From an uncultured candidate division Zixibacteria bacterium (GTDB lineage Bacteria > Zixibacteria > MSB-5A5 > UBA10806): DNA of 64,000 nt. The stretch covers positions 1-64,000 of the forward strand of contig CAWFQL010000003.1 of the NCBI GenBank assembly GCA_963817915.1, read 5' to 3'. Shown here in pieces: positions 31,253 through 42,008 of this stretch. The position numbers and the translations under genes were made by a program. The notes beneath the pieces were generated by a model. It ran no database searches. It saw only the letters and a program-made list of their open reading frames with translations, and was not told the origin of the DNA. The first letter of the stretch is position 1. Each line of letters opens with the position of its first letter.

Positions 31253-31281
31253 AGCCCCCGCGCAAACGCGGGGGCTTTTTT
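31253..31281 (+). terminator. Intrinsic terminator
   Basis: AGCCCCCGCG-CAAA-CGCGGGGGCT followed by a T-run. Confidence 0.85.
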
Positions 31282-31371
31282 ACTAAATATTTTATCTGCG
31301 ATGATTTTATCTATATAATTCTTAATAATAATTATATCTATTAGACTTTCTAATTACAATACCAAGTCCAA

Positions 31372-32934
31372 TCAATCCATTCTGCCGGGAGCATTCCATA
31401 GAAATCTAATTATCCCGCGAGGAGTCGCCAGCCAAAGATAATCGCCCGCAATGGTAACTCCCCTGACATCATCGGAAATCATGCCGTCATTCTGATTGTA
31501 TAAACGAGGAAATTTATCGTTTATATTATAATGCCAGAGCCCGATATTGGTTGCGACCCAGATATCGGATCCCAGACATGCAATTTTGCGAAGTTGGCAT
31601 GTGCCGAAATGAGAAGGATCTGTTATCTTAGAAGTTTCGCCGGTTTTGGAATCAACTGCTACAATATCATATTGTGTCAGAAAAAGCAGGGTATCTCCGA
31701 GTTGGGCAATGTCAATTATTTCGGTTGATAATGCCTTGCCGGGCGTATCGATAAATTCGAAATCGATATTGCTGTTGAGCCGATGGCGAAGGGCGCCATG
31801 ATCTGTCGCGACATAAAGGGAATTATCGATTATGGCCAGATCATTTATATGCCATCCCTGGAGACGATTTTTGGGATTCGAGAGAAACCCCGACCCATAA
31901 CTGCTATCCGCAGACGATTCCGAAGAATCGCTGTTCTTCTTGTGTTTTCGTTTTTGAAAGGGGGCATTTTTGTTTAAGAGTCCCACCCCCAGATCGGTGC
32001 CGACATATACCCACTGAGAATCGATAGCCAGTGAAGTGACTGTCAACGACGGTAGCGACGCGAAGTCGCCATAAGTAATAAATTCATCATCCGACTTCCT
32101 ATAGAATATCACTCCATAATCGGTGCCGAGCCAGACATTATCGCCATCGCCGATAGCTGAGAAGAGGCGGGCCGACGCTAAGCCGTTGGTGTATTGCGGT
32201 ACGAACCATTTCCATTTTTGGCCCTGTTTATCGAATCGGCTCAAGCCGGGAGCGGGACCATCGGGCAGGGAGGTTCCGGCCCAGAAATCACCGCCGACCC
32301 TTACGATCATTGACACATTATTATCATGGATGCCGTATGGAAGCAACGTCAGGTCGCTATAACGAGTATTGATCATGACAGGTCCCATTCCCCAGGTACC
32401 GACAAAAAGGTGATCGAAACCATCGGCGACTCCCTTGGTCATCTGGTATTGCTGCATCTGGGGATCCGTAATTATACCATCTTGATAAATATAGCCGAAC
32501 TCGGTGTTCAAGATACTAATCGCCGAAGGATTGTAATCGTTGCGGGCAAGATTTGCGGGGAATTCGATAGCTGAATACCATCTCTGAAATGTCGGTTGAT
32601 AATAGGCATTGCCAGCCGGCGTAGCGACCCAGATCTGGTCATTGCTGGGATCATAGGCAATATTATCGATTCGGGAATCCGGGAGACCATCGGTGATTGT
32701 CATAGGATCGAGCCATTTATCGAAAAAACGGTCATAGCGAAGAACCCCGCCGGTAGTGCCGAAATAGACATTGTCCTGGTCAATCGCAACCGATGTCACA
32801 TAGCGAAAGTCGCCGAAATTGACCCAATCGCCTTCCTTGAAATTGCCCGTATAATTTATTAAAAGTGAAATAATGACAATTTGGGATAGGACTACCATAT
32901 AGCTTAAGTATATTATACTCTCGACTTGAATCAA
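31372..32934 (-). CDS. Beta-propeller protein (two-component regulator propeller-like repeats)
   Basis: VYFGTTGG, DGLPDSRI, VWLGTDYG, DGMISDDV repeats. Confidence 0.75.
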   Translation of the reverse strand: MIQVESIIYLSYMVVLSQIVIISLLINYTGNFKEGDWVNFGDFRYVTSVAIDQDNVYFGTTGGVLRYDRFFDKWLDPMTITDGLPDSRIDNIAYDPSNDQIWVATPAGNAYYQPTFQRWYSAIEFPANLARNDYNPSAISILNTEFGYIYQDGIITDPQMQQYQMTKGVADGFDHLFVGTWGMGPVMINTRYSDLTLLPYGIHDNNVSMIVRVGGDFWAGTSLPDGPAPGLSRFDKQGQKWKWFVPQYTNGLASARLFSAIGDGDNVWLGTDYGVIFYRKSDDEFITYGDFASLPSLTVTSLAIDSQWVYVGTDLGVGLLNKNAPFQKRKHKKNSDSSESSADSSYGSGFLSNPKNRLQGWHINDLAIIDNSLYVATDHGALRHRLNSNIDFEFIDTPGKALSTEIIDIAQLGDTLLFLTQYDIVAVDSKTGETSKITDPSHFGTCQLRKIACLGSDIWVATNIGLWHYNINDKFPRLYNQNDGMISDDVRGVTIAGDYLWLATPRGIIRFLWNAPGRMD

Positions 32935-33028
32935 AGAAGAAAGTCAAAATTCGCAATTTAGAGATAAAATGATTTTACTGTTAAATATTCGCGAAGCCGG
33001 ATATCTGGGAATGTGACGCTACTGATCT

Positions 33029-35434
33029 TTACTTCAGCACAGTCATCTTTATAGATTCGTTCCTGCTGCCAGCGGTCACTTTCGCGAAATAGAGGCCCGA
33101 TGGGCATCCCGACGCATCCCAATCGATATAATGCGTGCCTGCGGCCTGTACGCCGTCAATGAGCGTGGCTACATGCTGACCAAGTATATTGTAAATCGAT
33201 AGCCTGATATTGCCCGCCTGCGTAATAGTGTAGCTGATCTTGGTCTGAGCATTGAAGGGGTTGGGGTAGTTCTGGGAAAGGATATATTTATTTGGATTAA
33301 GAATCGAATTATGGCCGCTGCTCGTGCGTATTGTTTTATTTAGCAATATTGAAACGCTATTTGACAAATTATTTGCAACCGCGATATCGATATCACTATC
33401 GCCATCAAAGTCTGCCGAGCAATGTGAGGTAGGGAAGTTACCAACGCCATAATTCTCAGGCGATCGAAATGTTCCATCGCCATTGTTTCTTAAAACCGAT
33501 ATATTTGCCATTCCGGAATTAGCGACGACAATATCAACATCACCATCACCATATATATCAACTGCTGATACAGAAGAAGGGAGGAAACCGGCCGGATAGT
33601 AGATTGGATCCTGAAATGTTCCGTCGCCGTTATTCTTCAAGACAAAAACACTACTGGCACCATCTTTTGCAAAAATCAAGTCAGAGTCCTGATCGCCGTC
33701 AATATCAGCCATACATAAAAAAGAGGTATTACCATAAATAATATAGTTGTTCGCAGGCTGAAAAGTCCCATTCCCATTGCCAATCAAAATAGAATATGTC
33801 GAAAACTGGCTATTCGAAGTTGCGATATCTTTATAGCCATCGCCATTGAGGTCTCCTATCGCAATCGACGAATGATAGCATCCTGTCTGGTACTGCGTGG
33901 CTTGCGCGAAGGTTCCGTTACCATTATTCATTAATACTTTGACGTCTATACCTCCGATTACAAGATCATCGGCCCCATCATCGTTGAGATCACCCACGCA
34001 TATGGACCAAGAATGCCCCGCATCTGGATAGTAAACAGGAGAACGAAACGTACCATCTCCGTTATTTCCGTAAACGCAAACACTATCCCCGGTAATTGCG
34101 AGATCGTTATGCCCATCGCGGTCAAAATCAGCGCCACAAATTTGATCAAGAAAACGACTGGCATAATAAGTCCCGAAAGCTTGAAAAGTTCCATTCCCAT
34201 TACTCTTGAATACTGAAAACATGCCATGTTCAGAGTCTGTTACAACGAGATCTTTGTGATTATCGTCATTGATATCAATCGCAAAAATGGAATTAGGTTT
34301 ATTGGTATCGTAACTAATCGCCGATTGGATTGCGCCATTGCCGCAGTTTCTGAAAATTGAAATATTGGAGGTGCTCCCATTAGTTACGGCCAAATCGGTA
34401 ATCCCATTTGATTCACGGTCAAATGCGCAAATAGAACTGGGGTTAATTCCGGCAATATATTCTATTGCAGAATCAAATGTTCCGTCGCCACGATTTTTAA
34501 AGGTCGAAACGTTGCCGGAAAATGACATGCTATCCACAGAACATGCTACTGCCAAGTCGATATGGCCATCCGGATCGATATCGGCGCAGGTGATAGATAC
34601 CGGCCTGTCCCGTACGGCATAATTGGCAGCGGGAAAAAATGTCCCGTCACCATGGTTTATTAATACCGAAATATTATTCGAAAATTTATTTGCGGATACT
34701 AGGTCAAGCTTATTGTCACCATTAAAATCAGCAGCAAAAACTGATACAGGATATTCATCAACCGCAAAAGTTTCGGGAGTTTGAAATGTTCCATTTCCAT
34801 AGTTTTTCATTATCGATATATTGTCGGCGGCCGCATTTGCTATCGCAATATCGTTATCGCCGTCATTATCAAAATCAGCCGAATACATCGACCAGGTATA
34901 AATACCCATATAGTTAGCCGTAATCTGAAATGTGCCATCACCGTTATTCTTTAAAATTGTGATACTATCACCAGCGACTGCCATGTCTTTATAGCCATCG
35001 CCATCTAAATCATTAAGAATTAAACATTGTGGATTGCGACATACTCCATAATTTATAGGCGCTTCAAAAATCCCGTTGCCATCATTTTTTAGAATCGAAA
35101 CATCAGAAGATTGCGCATTCGCTACAACAAGATCGACGTCATTATCGTTGTCAATATCAGTTGCGAAAACCGAGACGGGTGCACTATGTGCATTATAATT
35201 AACGGCGTCTTGAAACGATCCGTCTTCCCCTTTAATGAGGATCGATATGCTATTTTGACCCACATTGGCCAAAGCCAAATCTTCATAACCATCTCCATTA
35301 AGATCGGCGGCAACGACCGAAACTGGCATGCTTTGCACCCGAAAATCCATTCGAGTGTCAAAAAGTGGTTCGAAAGCAAAAGCTGAAAGAGATGATAAAA
35401 AAAGAAGACTCAAGTTTACAGTTAGATGTTTCAT
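33029..35434 (-). CDS. FG-GAP/VCBS-repeat secreted protein with C-terminal sorting domain
   Basis: Many DxNGDGxxDLAVAN..NNGDGTF repeats; LSQNYPNPFN tail. Confidence 0.9.
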   Translation of the reverse strand: MKHLTVNLSLLFLSSLSAFAFEPLFDTRMDFRVQSMPVSVVAADLNGDGYEDLALANVGQNSISILIKGEDGSFQDAVNYNAHSAPVSVFATDIDNDNDVDLVVANAQSSDVSILKNDGNGIFEAPINYGVCRNPQCLILNDLDGDGYKDMAVAGDSITILKNNGDGTFQITANYMGIYTWSMYSADFDNDGDNDIAIANAAADNISIMKNYGNGTFQTPETFAVDEYPVSVFAADFNGDNKLDLVSANKFSNNISVLINHGDGTFFPAANYAVRDRPVSITCADIDPDGHIDLAVACSVDSMSFSGNVSTFKNRGDGTFDSAIEYIAGINPSSICAFDRESNGITDLAVTNGSTSNISIFRNCGNGAIQSAISYDTNKPNSIFAIDINDDNHKDLVVTDSEHGMFSVFKSNGNGTFQAFGTYYASRFLDQICGADFDRDGHNDLAITGDSVCVYGNNGDGTFRSPVYYPDAGHSWSICVGDLNDDGADDLVIGGIDVKVLMNNGNGTFAQATQYQTGCYHSSIAIGDLNGDGYKDIATSNSQFSTYSILIGNGNGTFQPANNYIIYGNTSFLCMADIDGDQDSDLIFAKDGASSVFVLKNNGDGTFQDPIYYPAGFLPSSVSAVDIYGDGDVDIVVANSGMANISVLRNNGDGTFRSPENYGVGNFPTSHCSADFDGDSDIDIAVANNLSNSVSILLNKTIRTSSGHNSILNPNKYILSQNYPNPFNAQTKISYTITQAGNIRLSIYNILGQHVATLIDGVQAAGTHYIDWDASGCPSGLYFAKVTAGSRNESIKMTVLK

Positions 35435-35470
35435 TTGATACCTCGTTTTATTTGCAAAGTCATACGATTC

Positions 35471-37913
35471 CTACTTCATCAGCATCATCTTAATAGATTC
35501 GTTCCTGCTGCCGGCGGTCACCTTTGCGAAATATAGGCCTGATGGGCATCCAGACGCGTCCCAATCGATATAATGCGTGCCTGCGGCCTGCACGCCGTCT
35601 ATGAGCGTGGCGATATTTTGTCCTAAAATATTATAGATCGTGAGCCTTACATTCCCCGACTGAAGCAGAACATATTTAATTTTAGTCGTGGCATTGAAGG
35701 GGTTGGGGTAATTCTGAGAGAGAGAAATTTTCTGTGGTGTCTCGATTGTCTCATTTGGGGAATTTGTAGCAGTCAATTGATTTAACAATATCGAGATAGT
35801 ATTCGAACCGGAATTTGCAACTGCCAAATCGTTAATGCCATTACCGTCAAAATCCGAAACCGCTATCGACATCGGGGCGACACCCACTCCATAGCTTTCT
35901 ATCTCCTGGAATATCCCGTTTCCCTGATTTCTTAAAATCGCGATATTACTTGAAAAAGCGCTGGCCCCCGCGAGATCCGTAAATCCGTCGCCATTTATGT
36001 CCAATGCTACGATTGAAGTCATAATATTACCCATGCTATAAAAGGCAGGGCGTGTAAAAGAACCATGTCCGTTATTTATTAAAATGTCCGTAGTATATCC
36101 GTAGTTGTTCAGGTTGGCTATCGCTAAATCAATGCTTCTATTTTCATCGAAATCGGCGGCGCAGATGGAGCCCGCGCGGTCTATCGTAGAATAATTGCTC
36201 CTCCCAAAAAACGCACCATTGCCGCGATTGAACAGAATCGAAACATGATAATCGTCGTTATGGCCCACTACGATATCGTTATATCTATCACCGTTGAAAT
36301 CGGCGGCACAAATCGAAATGGGCCCCGCCTCCACGAAATAACCAACCCGTGCCTGAAACACAGCATTACCATCATTAGAGTAAACCGAGATGCTGTTGGA
36401 TCCTCTGTTTGTCACGGCTATATCAACATATCCATCATTATTAAAATCAGCACATACGACCGCGGATGGATCTGTACCCGTCCCATATCTGCCGTATTCT
36501 TGAAACGCTCCATTGCCATTATTGAGCAAAATCGAAATACTGTCCGAATTTCCATCTACATAAACCAAATCGACATAATTGTCTGCATCGAAATCGGCGG
36601 AGAAAATTGCAATCGGGCTGGCGTTCACGGCGTAGTTTACAGCCTGTTGAAATGATCCGTCGCCATTCCCGGTCAATATCGAAATGCTATTTGAATTCTT
36701 ATTCGCGACAGCCAAATCCGGGAATCCGTCCGAATTAAAATCAGCCGCGCGCATCGATATGGGATATGCCCCAACTTCATATTCCGGAGGTAACACGAAG
36801 GATCCATTGCCATTGCCGAAAAATACCGACAAACTATACGAACTTGTGTTAACTACTGCCAGATCATCGTTTCCATCCTGATCTAAGTCTGATGAATAAA
36901 TCGATTGCGGCTCGGATCCCGTGACAAGATTAATAGGCGCCTGAAAAGTTCCGTTGCCGTTGTTCTTCAGGATTGAAGCATTATTTGAGCCGGCATTAGC
37001 CGTGGCCAGGTCACTATGACCATCTCCATCATAATCAAATATGCAAATCGAAAACGGGTTGTATCCGGCAATATAGCTGACCGGCGATTGAAATGTGCCG
37101 TCCCCATTATTCATCAATACCGATATGTTATGGGAATTCCAATTTGCCGCGGCGAGATCTATATCACCGTCGCCATCGAGATCTCCGGCAGTGATAGCGT
37201 AGGGGTCATTGCCCGAGTTATAACCGATACTCGCCTGAAATGTCCCATTGCCATTATTTATTAGAATTGAGATATTGTTAGAATTCAGATTCGCGACGGC
37301 CAGGTCGATCGCGCCATCGGCATTGAAGTCGGCGGCGAAGACGTGATTGGGGATATTCACCAACAGTGTATCTAACTTGGGCCTGGAATGTCCCGTTACC
37401 GCTATTCTTGAAAATAGATACGCTGTTGGAGCCGGAATTGGCAACCGCCAGATCAATATGATTGTCTCCATCGAAATCAGCGGCAAAAACAGCGCGCGGG
37501 CCACCTCCGGCCACATAATCGATCGGAGGTTGAAAGGTTCCGTCGCCATCGTTCATCAGGATCGAGACGGTATTGGAACCGACATTCGCCACCGCCAGAT
37601 CGTTATCTCCGTCGCCATCGAGGTCACTCGCAAAAATTGACCAGGGAGCTCTGCCAGTCGTATAATTTGCAGCCGTCCGAAATGTGCGATTGCCATTATT
37701 TATAAAAATTGAGATTTCTTCAGCATGGCTATTCGCGACTGCCAAATCCTTGTAGCCATCCCCATTAAGGTCGGAGGCAAATACCATCCTGGGATCGCCC
37801 GAAGTCCGGTAATCAATTCGAGTTTCGAAAATTGGATCGAAGGCCATTGCTGGAATAGCTGAAAAGACTAAAATGCTGATTGCCAGAACAATTAATTTTG
37901 TTTTTCCCGGCAA
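35471..37913 (-). CDS. FG-GAP/VCBS-repeat secreted protein with sorting domain; +1 frameshift near 37342
   Basis: ORFs 37278-37913 and 35471-37549 join as ...GEYPQSVFAADF... Confidence 0.85.
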
Positions 37914-38114
37914 GGCTCGCTGCCTTTCCTGAGTAGTTGTTACCAGATGTCAAAGATTCAATACCGATTAATTTTAACATGTTTGTTTTTTTATGTCAAG
38001 GGATTTTTGCTATGCGATTGATTAGAATGCGGATCAAGTTTTTGGAGTATAAACAACACACTATTTGTAAAAAAGAGTAATATTTTAGAAAGGATCCAGG
38101 AAGCAAGGGAGATA

Positions 38115-39732
38115 TTATTTCATCAGCATCATTTTTATATTTTGGATCTCATTAGCTGTAGTTAAGCGGGCGAAGTAGAGGCCGGAGGGACAGGCTGAAG
38201 CGTCCCAATTCTGAGAATAAACACCGGCGGGCTGAATGCCGTCAAATAGCGTGGTTATGTGCTGGCCGAGTAAATTATATATCGATAGCCTTATGTTGCC
38301 GGATCGCGGCAGGACATAGCTGATCTTGGTGGTGGCGTTGAAGGGGTTGGGGTAATTCTGGATTAATTTGAGCAATCTTGGCAGGGTCGGTATATCGTCA
38401 TCGACGGCGCTGAGCCTATCATAAAAAAATGCGCCCATATCGGCCCTGGTGCTGTCGGGATCAAGAGGCGATGAGGGATCACCGGAATCAATACAGGGAG
38501 ATTTGGTGAGATCATCTACCGGATAGTTGGCCCAAGTAAGATGATAATCATTATTGTCCGGATCGGCGAAGAGTGGGTCGGCATCGATATTCCCTATCCC
38601 CTGCCAGCCACCTTCGATATTGTTGTAGTCGATATGGGTAGTATCGCTAAACGCATAAACCTGAGGCCCCGATCCGGCATAATTGCCGCGGATAATATTG
38701 TTCTTCACGCCGCCTGTCATTGAGCCTATCAACGCTCCGCCTCCAATTGACGCACATAGATTATCTATTATTGTATTATTTATAAGGGAAGCGTTGCCGC
38801 CAATAGAAATCCCCCCCCCCCCCATATGAGTTTGTGAATGGCACAATGTTGCGTTTGAATAGATTATATGCCACCACATTTAGTGAAGATGTCGAATGTA
38901 CATTTACTCCCCCACCGTTATCCAACGCAATATTGTTTAAGAAAACGTTATTGGTTATTATCGAATTACAGCCGATAATTAGTGCCCCGCCTCCCGAATT
39001 GCCGCTAAAACAGTCATAAATTTTATTTCCGATCATCGTAAGATTTGTATTCCAGAGCGCCATAGCCCCTCCGAATTCGCCGCCAAGAGGATACCAAGTC
39101 GAATCAGTATAAAATATATTATCAATTATCGAAGTGGCCCCTCCGGCGCTATAAATCCCCGAGCCGCCAAAAGCACATTTGTTAAATGAAATATTGCAGT
39201 CCGAAACTGATAAAGTACAACCGCTGGCATAAACGGCGCCTCCGCAGCCTTCACGAGCATAATTGTGGATAAAAGAACTATTATTTATGCTAAATGACGA
39301 ATTGTAACCATATACCGCACCGCCGTTATAATCAATATAAGCGCCGTCGGCTCCGCTTGCCCTGCCCCATTCAAATACACAGTAAGATATCTGACAGCCC
39401 TCGCCGGAATTAAGAAATTTCAATCCATGCCAACCCTGATTATTATTACTGGCAGTAAAATATATGGAATCGCCCCGATTCCCAATGGCCTGAAGTGAAG
39501 CAGAGGTATCTACGATAAATCTGTAATACCCCTGAAAGATAATCCGGCATCCCGGCTGGATTATAAGAGTGGAGTTAGGAGGCACTCTCAAATTTCCGAC
39601 AACCTCTATCGGATTCATCGATGAATCCCAGGTTCCCCAACAGTCACCAGCAATCTGAATGGCATAGGAGTAGCCAATGGGATAAACGGCGAAAAGCATC
39701 AATATTCCAGCCAATATGAGCTTTCGAGACAT
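38115..39732 (-). CDS. Right-handed beta-helix (GGA-repeat) secreted protein with sorting domain; frameshift in a G13 tract
   Basis: GGAVY/GGGAL repeats, DADPLF, SPCIDSG, DMGAFFY; a G12 tract at 38811-38823 would fuse the two ORFs; start placed at MSRKL after AGGAG. Confidence 0.85.
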
Positions 39733-40086
39733 AAACAAGACTCCTTTGTAAATATCGCAATTAATATAATACATAGGCTCCAAGATGCAAGGGAAATATT
39801 ATTTCATCAGCTCGGACCCCCTTGAAATCCTTAAAGTGCTCTCAAAATACTATATGCATATTAGCCTATTATTCCATCCCGTCAATACTACTAATATGCG
39901 CATACAATGCGTATCCGCACATACGCAATGCGCCAGACCATGAAATTTTCATGTCATTAAGCTCTTATAGGTGTTGACATTGAATCCTTTAATTATTAAA
40001 TTCCCATATCGTTGGCCTGAATTATCCGTGAATCGGAGGCGACGGTTTTTTTATGCCCGAAAATCCTATGGTGAGAGGTAAATGAT

Positions 40087-40569
40087 ATGAATATCGATGA
40101 AAAATTCATGGCAGAAGCTGTAGCAGAGGCTCGAATGGGATTGGAAGAGGGCGAAGTCCCTATCGGAGCAGTTGCAGTCCGGCATGGTAATATTATCGCT
40201 CGCGGGCATAATCGCCGCAACGCCTGGTCCGATATCACCGCGCACGCCGAAATGGTCTGCCTGGCCGATCTATCATCGAGAACATTCGATTTCAATCTAT
40301 CCGATGTTACAATCTATTCCACCCTCGAGCCGTGCGCCATGTGCACCGGCGCCATGATTCATTACAGGGTGGGACGGGTCGTCTATGGTGAATTTGACCC
40401 ACTGGCCGGAGCTTGCGGCTCGAAATTCAAATTTCACGAAATCGCGGGGCTGGCAGTCGAAAGCGGAGTTTATCGCCAGGAATGCCGCCAGATTTTGCTC
40501 GATTATTTTGAATCGCAACTCGGTGTGAAATCAACCAAATGGAAAGATATTGAACTGCCTTTGGAATAA
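40087..40569 (+). CDS. tadA: tRNA adenosine deaminase-like nucleoside deaminase
   Basis: EVPIGAV, AHAE, TLEPCAMC. Confidence 0.8.
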   Translation: MNIDEKFMAEAVAEARMGLEEGEVPIGAVAVRHGNIIARGHNRRNAWSDITAHAEMVCLADLSSRTFDFNLSDVTIYSTLEPCAMCTGAMIHYRVGRVVYGEFDPLAGACGSKFKFHEIAGLAVESGVYRQECRQILLDYFESQLGVKSTKWKDIELPLE

Positions 40570-40719
40570 ACCGGCCTCGTGCTCGGCAGAAATCATTTTT
40601 AATTCTAAAAAAATTGATATAGAATTGCTCAGGATTGAGTGGCAATCGATGGTTCGATTAGTCGAGCCGCTGACGGTTTTGGATTCGCTAAATTTCATTT
40701 TCGATAGAAAGGGATAACG

Positions 40720-41997
40720 ATGCAAAGGTTTATCGGCATTTTAGGCATGGCAATCATGTTCGGTATTATTTATTTGCTATCATCCAACCGAAAGGCGATT
40801 CGCTGGCGTACCGTCGCCTGGGGATATGGGCTTCAATTTATCTTCGCGCTAATAGTACTGAAGACTCAGCCGGGCGAATGGTTCTTCCTGCAATGCAATA
40901 ATATCATTATCTCGATATTAAGCTGCGCTCAGCAGGGTGCGGCCTTTGTTTTCGGAAATCTCGTAAATCGGTTCGTCGATGTCGGTAATGTCGATTCAAT
41001 CGGCAATTTCACGTCATTCAATGGCCTTGTGACCAATAATGGCATGGCGATATTCGCATTTTCGGTATTGCCAACTATCATCTTTTTCTCGGCTTTGATG
41101 AGCATATTATATCATTACGGCGTGATGCAAAGACTGATAAAATTAATCGCGATGGCCATGTCTAAGACTATGAAGACCTCAGGAGCAGAATCGCTTTCCG
41201 CGGCATCCAATATTTTTGTGGGACAGACCGAAGCGCCCCTGGTTGTAAGACCTTATCTCAATAAAATGACAATGTCCGAATTGAATGCCATCATGGTCGG
41301 GGGTTTCGCTACAATCGCCGGGGGCGTAATGGCGGCTTATGTCGGGCTATTAAAAGACTCGATCCCGAATATCGCCGGACATCTGCTGTCGGCTTCCATT
41401 ATGTCTGCTCCGGCAGCGTTGATGATGGCTAAGGTAATGCGCCCTGAAGTCGACGATGCCGAAACCGCCGGGACTCATAAAATTCCCATAAATAAAGTCA
41501 ATCAGAATGGTATCGATGCCGCCGCTGCGGGTGCAGGAGACGGGCTAAAATTAGCTCTCAATGTTGGTGCGATGCTGATCGCATTTATAGGGCTTATCGC
41601 ACTAGTTAATCTTGTACTGGGACTTATTAATAAAGATTTGTCATTGGCCTTAGTTTTCGGCCATGCCTTGTCGCCATTGGCCTGGGCAATGGGGATTCCC
41701 TGGGCCGACGCGTCCAAGTTTGGTGATCTGCTGGGAACTCAGGTAATGATTAACGAATTCGTTTCGTATTCCAAATTACAGGCCTACGCTCCCCAGATGA
41801 CTGAGCGCGCGGCAATATTGGCAACATATGCGCTTTGCGGATTTTCGAATCTTAGTTCGGTTGGAATTCAGATCGGCGGCATCTCAGCCCTGGCACCGGA
41901 TAGACGGGGCGATCTTTCGAAATTAGGCTTGCGAGCCATGCTCTGCGGTGCCTTCGCCAGCTGGACCACCTGCTGTATCGCAGGGATTTTGCTATAG
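40720..41997 (+). CDS. nupC: CNT/NupC family nucleoside transporter
   Basis: NIFVGQTEAPL, GFATIAG, NEFVSY, YALCGFSN. Confidence 0.9.
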   Translation: MQRFIGILGMAIMFGIIYLLSSNRKAIRWRTVAWGYGLQFIFALIVLKTQPGEWFFLQCNNIIISILSCAQQGAAFVFGNLVNRFVDVGNVDSIGNFTSFNGLVTNNGMAIFAFSVLPTIIFFSALMSILYHYGVMQRLIKLIAMAMSKTMKTSGAESLSAASNIFVGQTEAPLVVRPYLNKMTMSELNAIMVGGFATIAGGVMAAYVGLLKDSIPNIAGHLLSASIMSAPAALMMAKVMRPEVDDAETAGTHKIPINKVNQNGIDAAAAGAGDGLKLALNVGAMLIAFIGLIALVNLVLGLINKDLSLALVFGHALSPLAWAMGIPWADASKFGDLLGTQVMINEFVSYSKLQAYAPQMTERAAILATYALCGFSNLSSVGIQIGGISALAPDRRGDLSKLGLRAMLCGAFASWTTCCIAGILL

Positions 41998-42008
41998 GGA
42001 GTAAATAC

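Noticed and set aside
33029..35710. Diversity-generating retroelement TR/VR pair
   Set aside because: Differences between the duplicated segments are mainly synonymous rather than adenine-specific, and no reverse transcriptase is present
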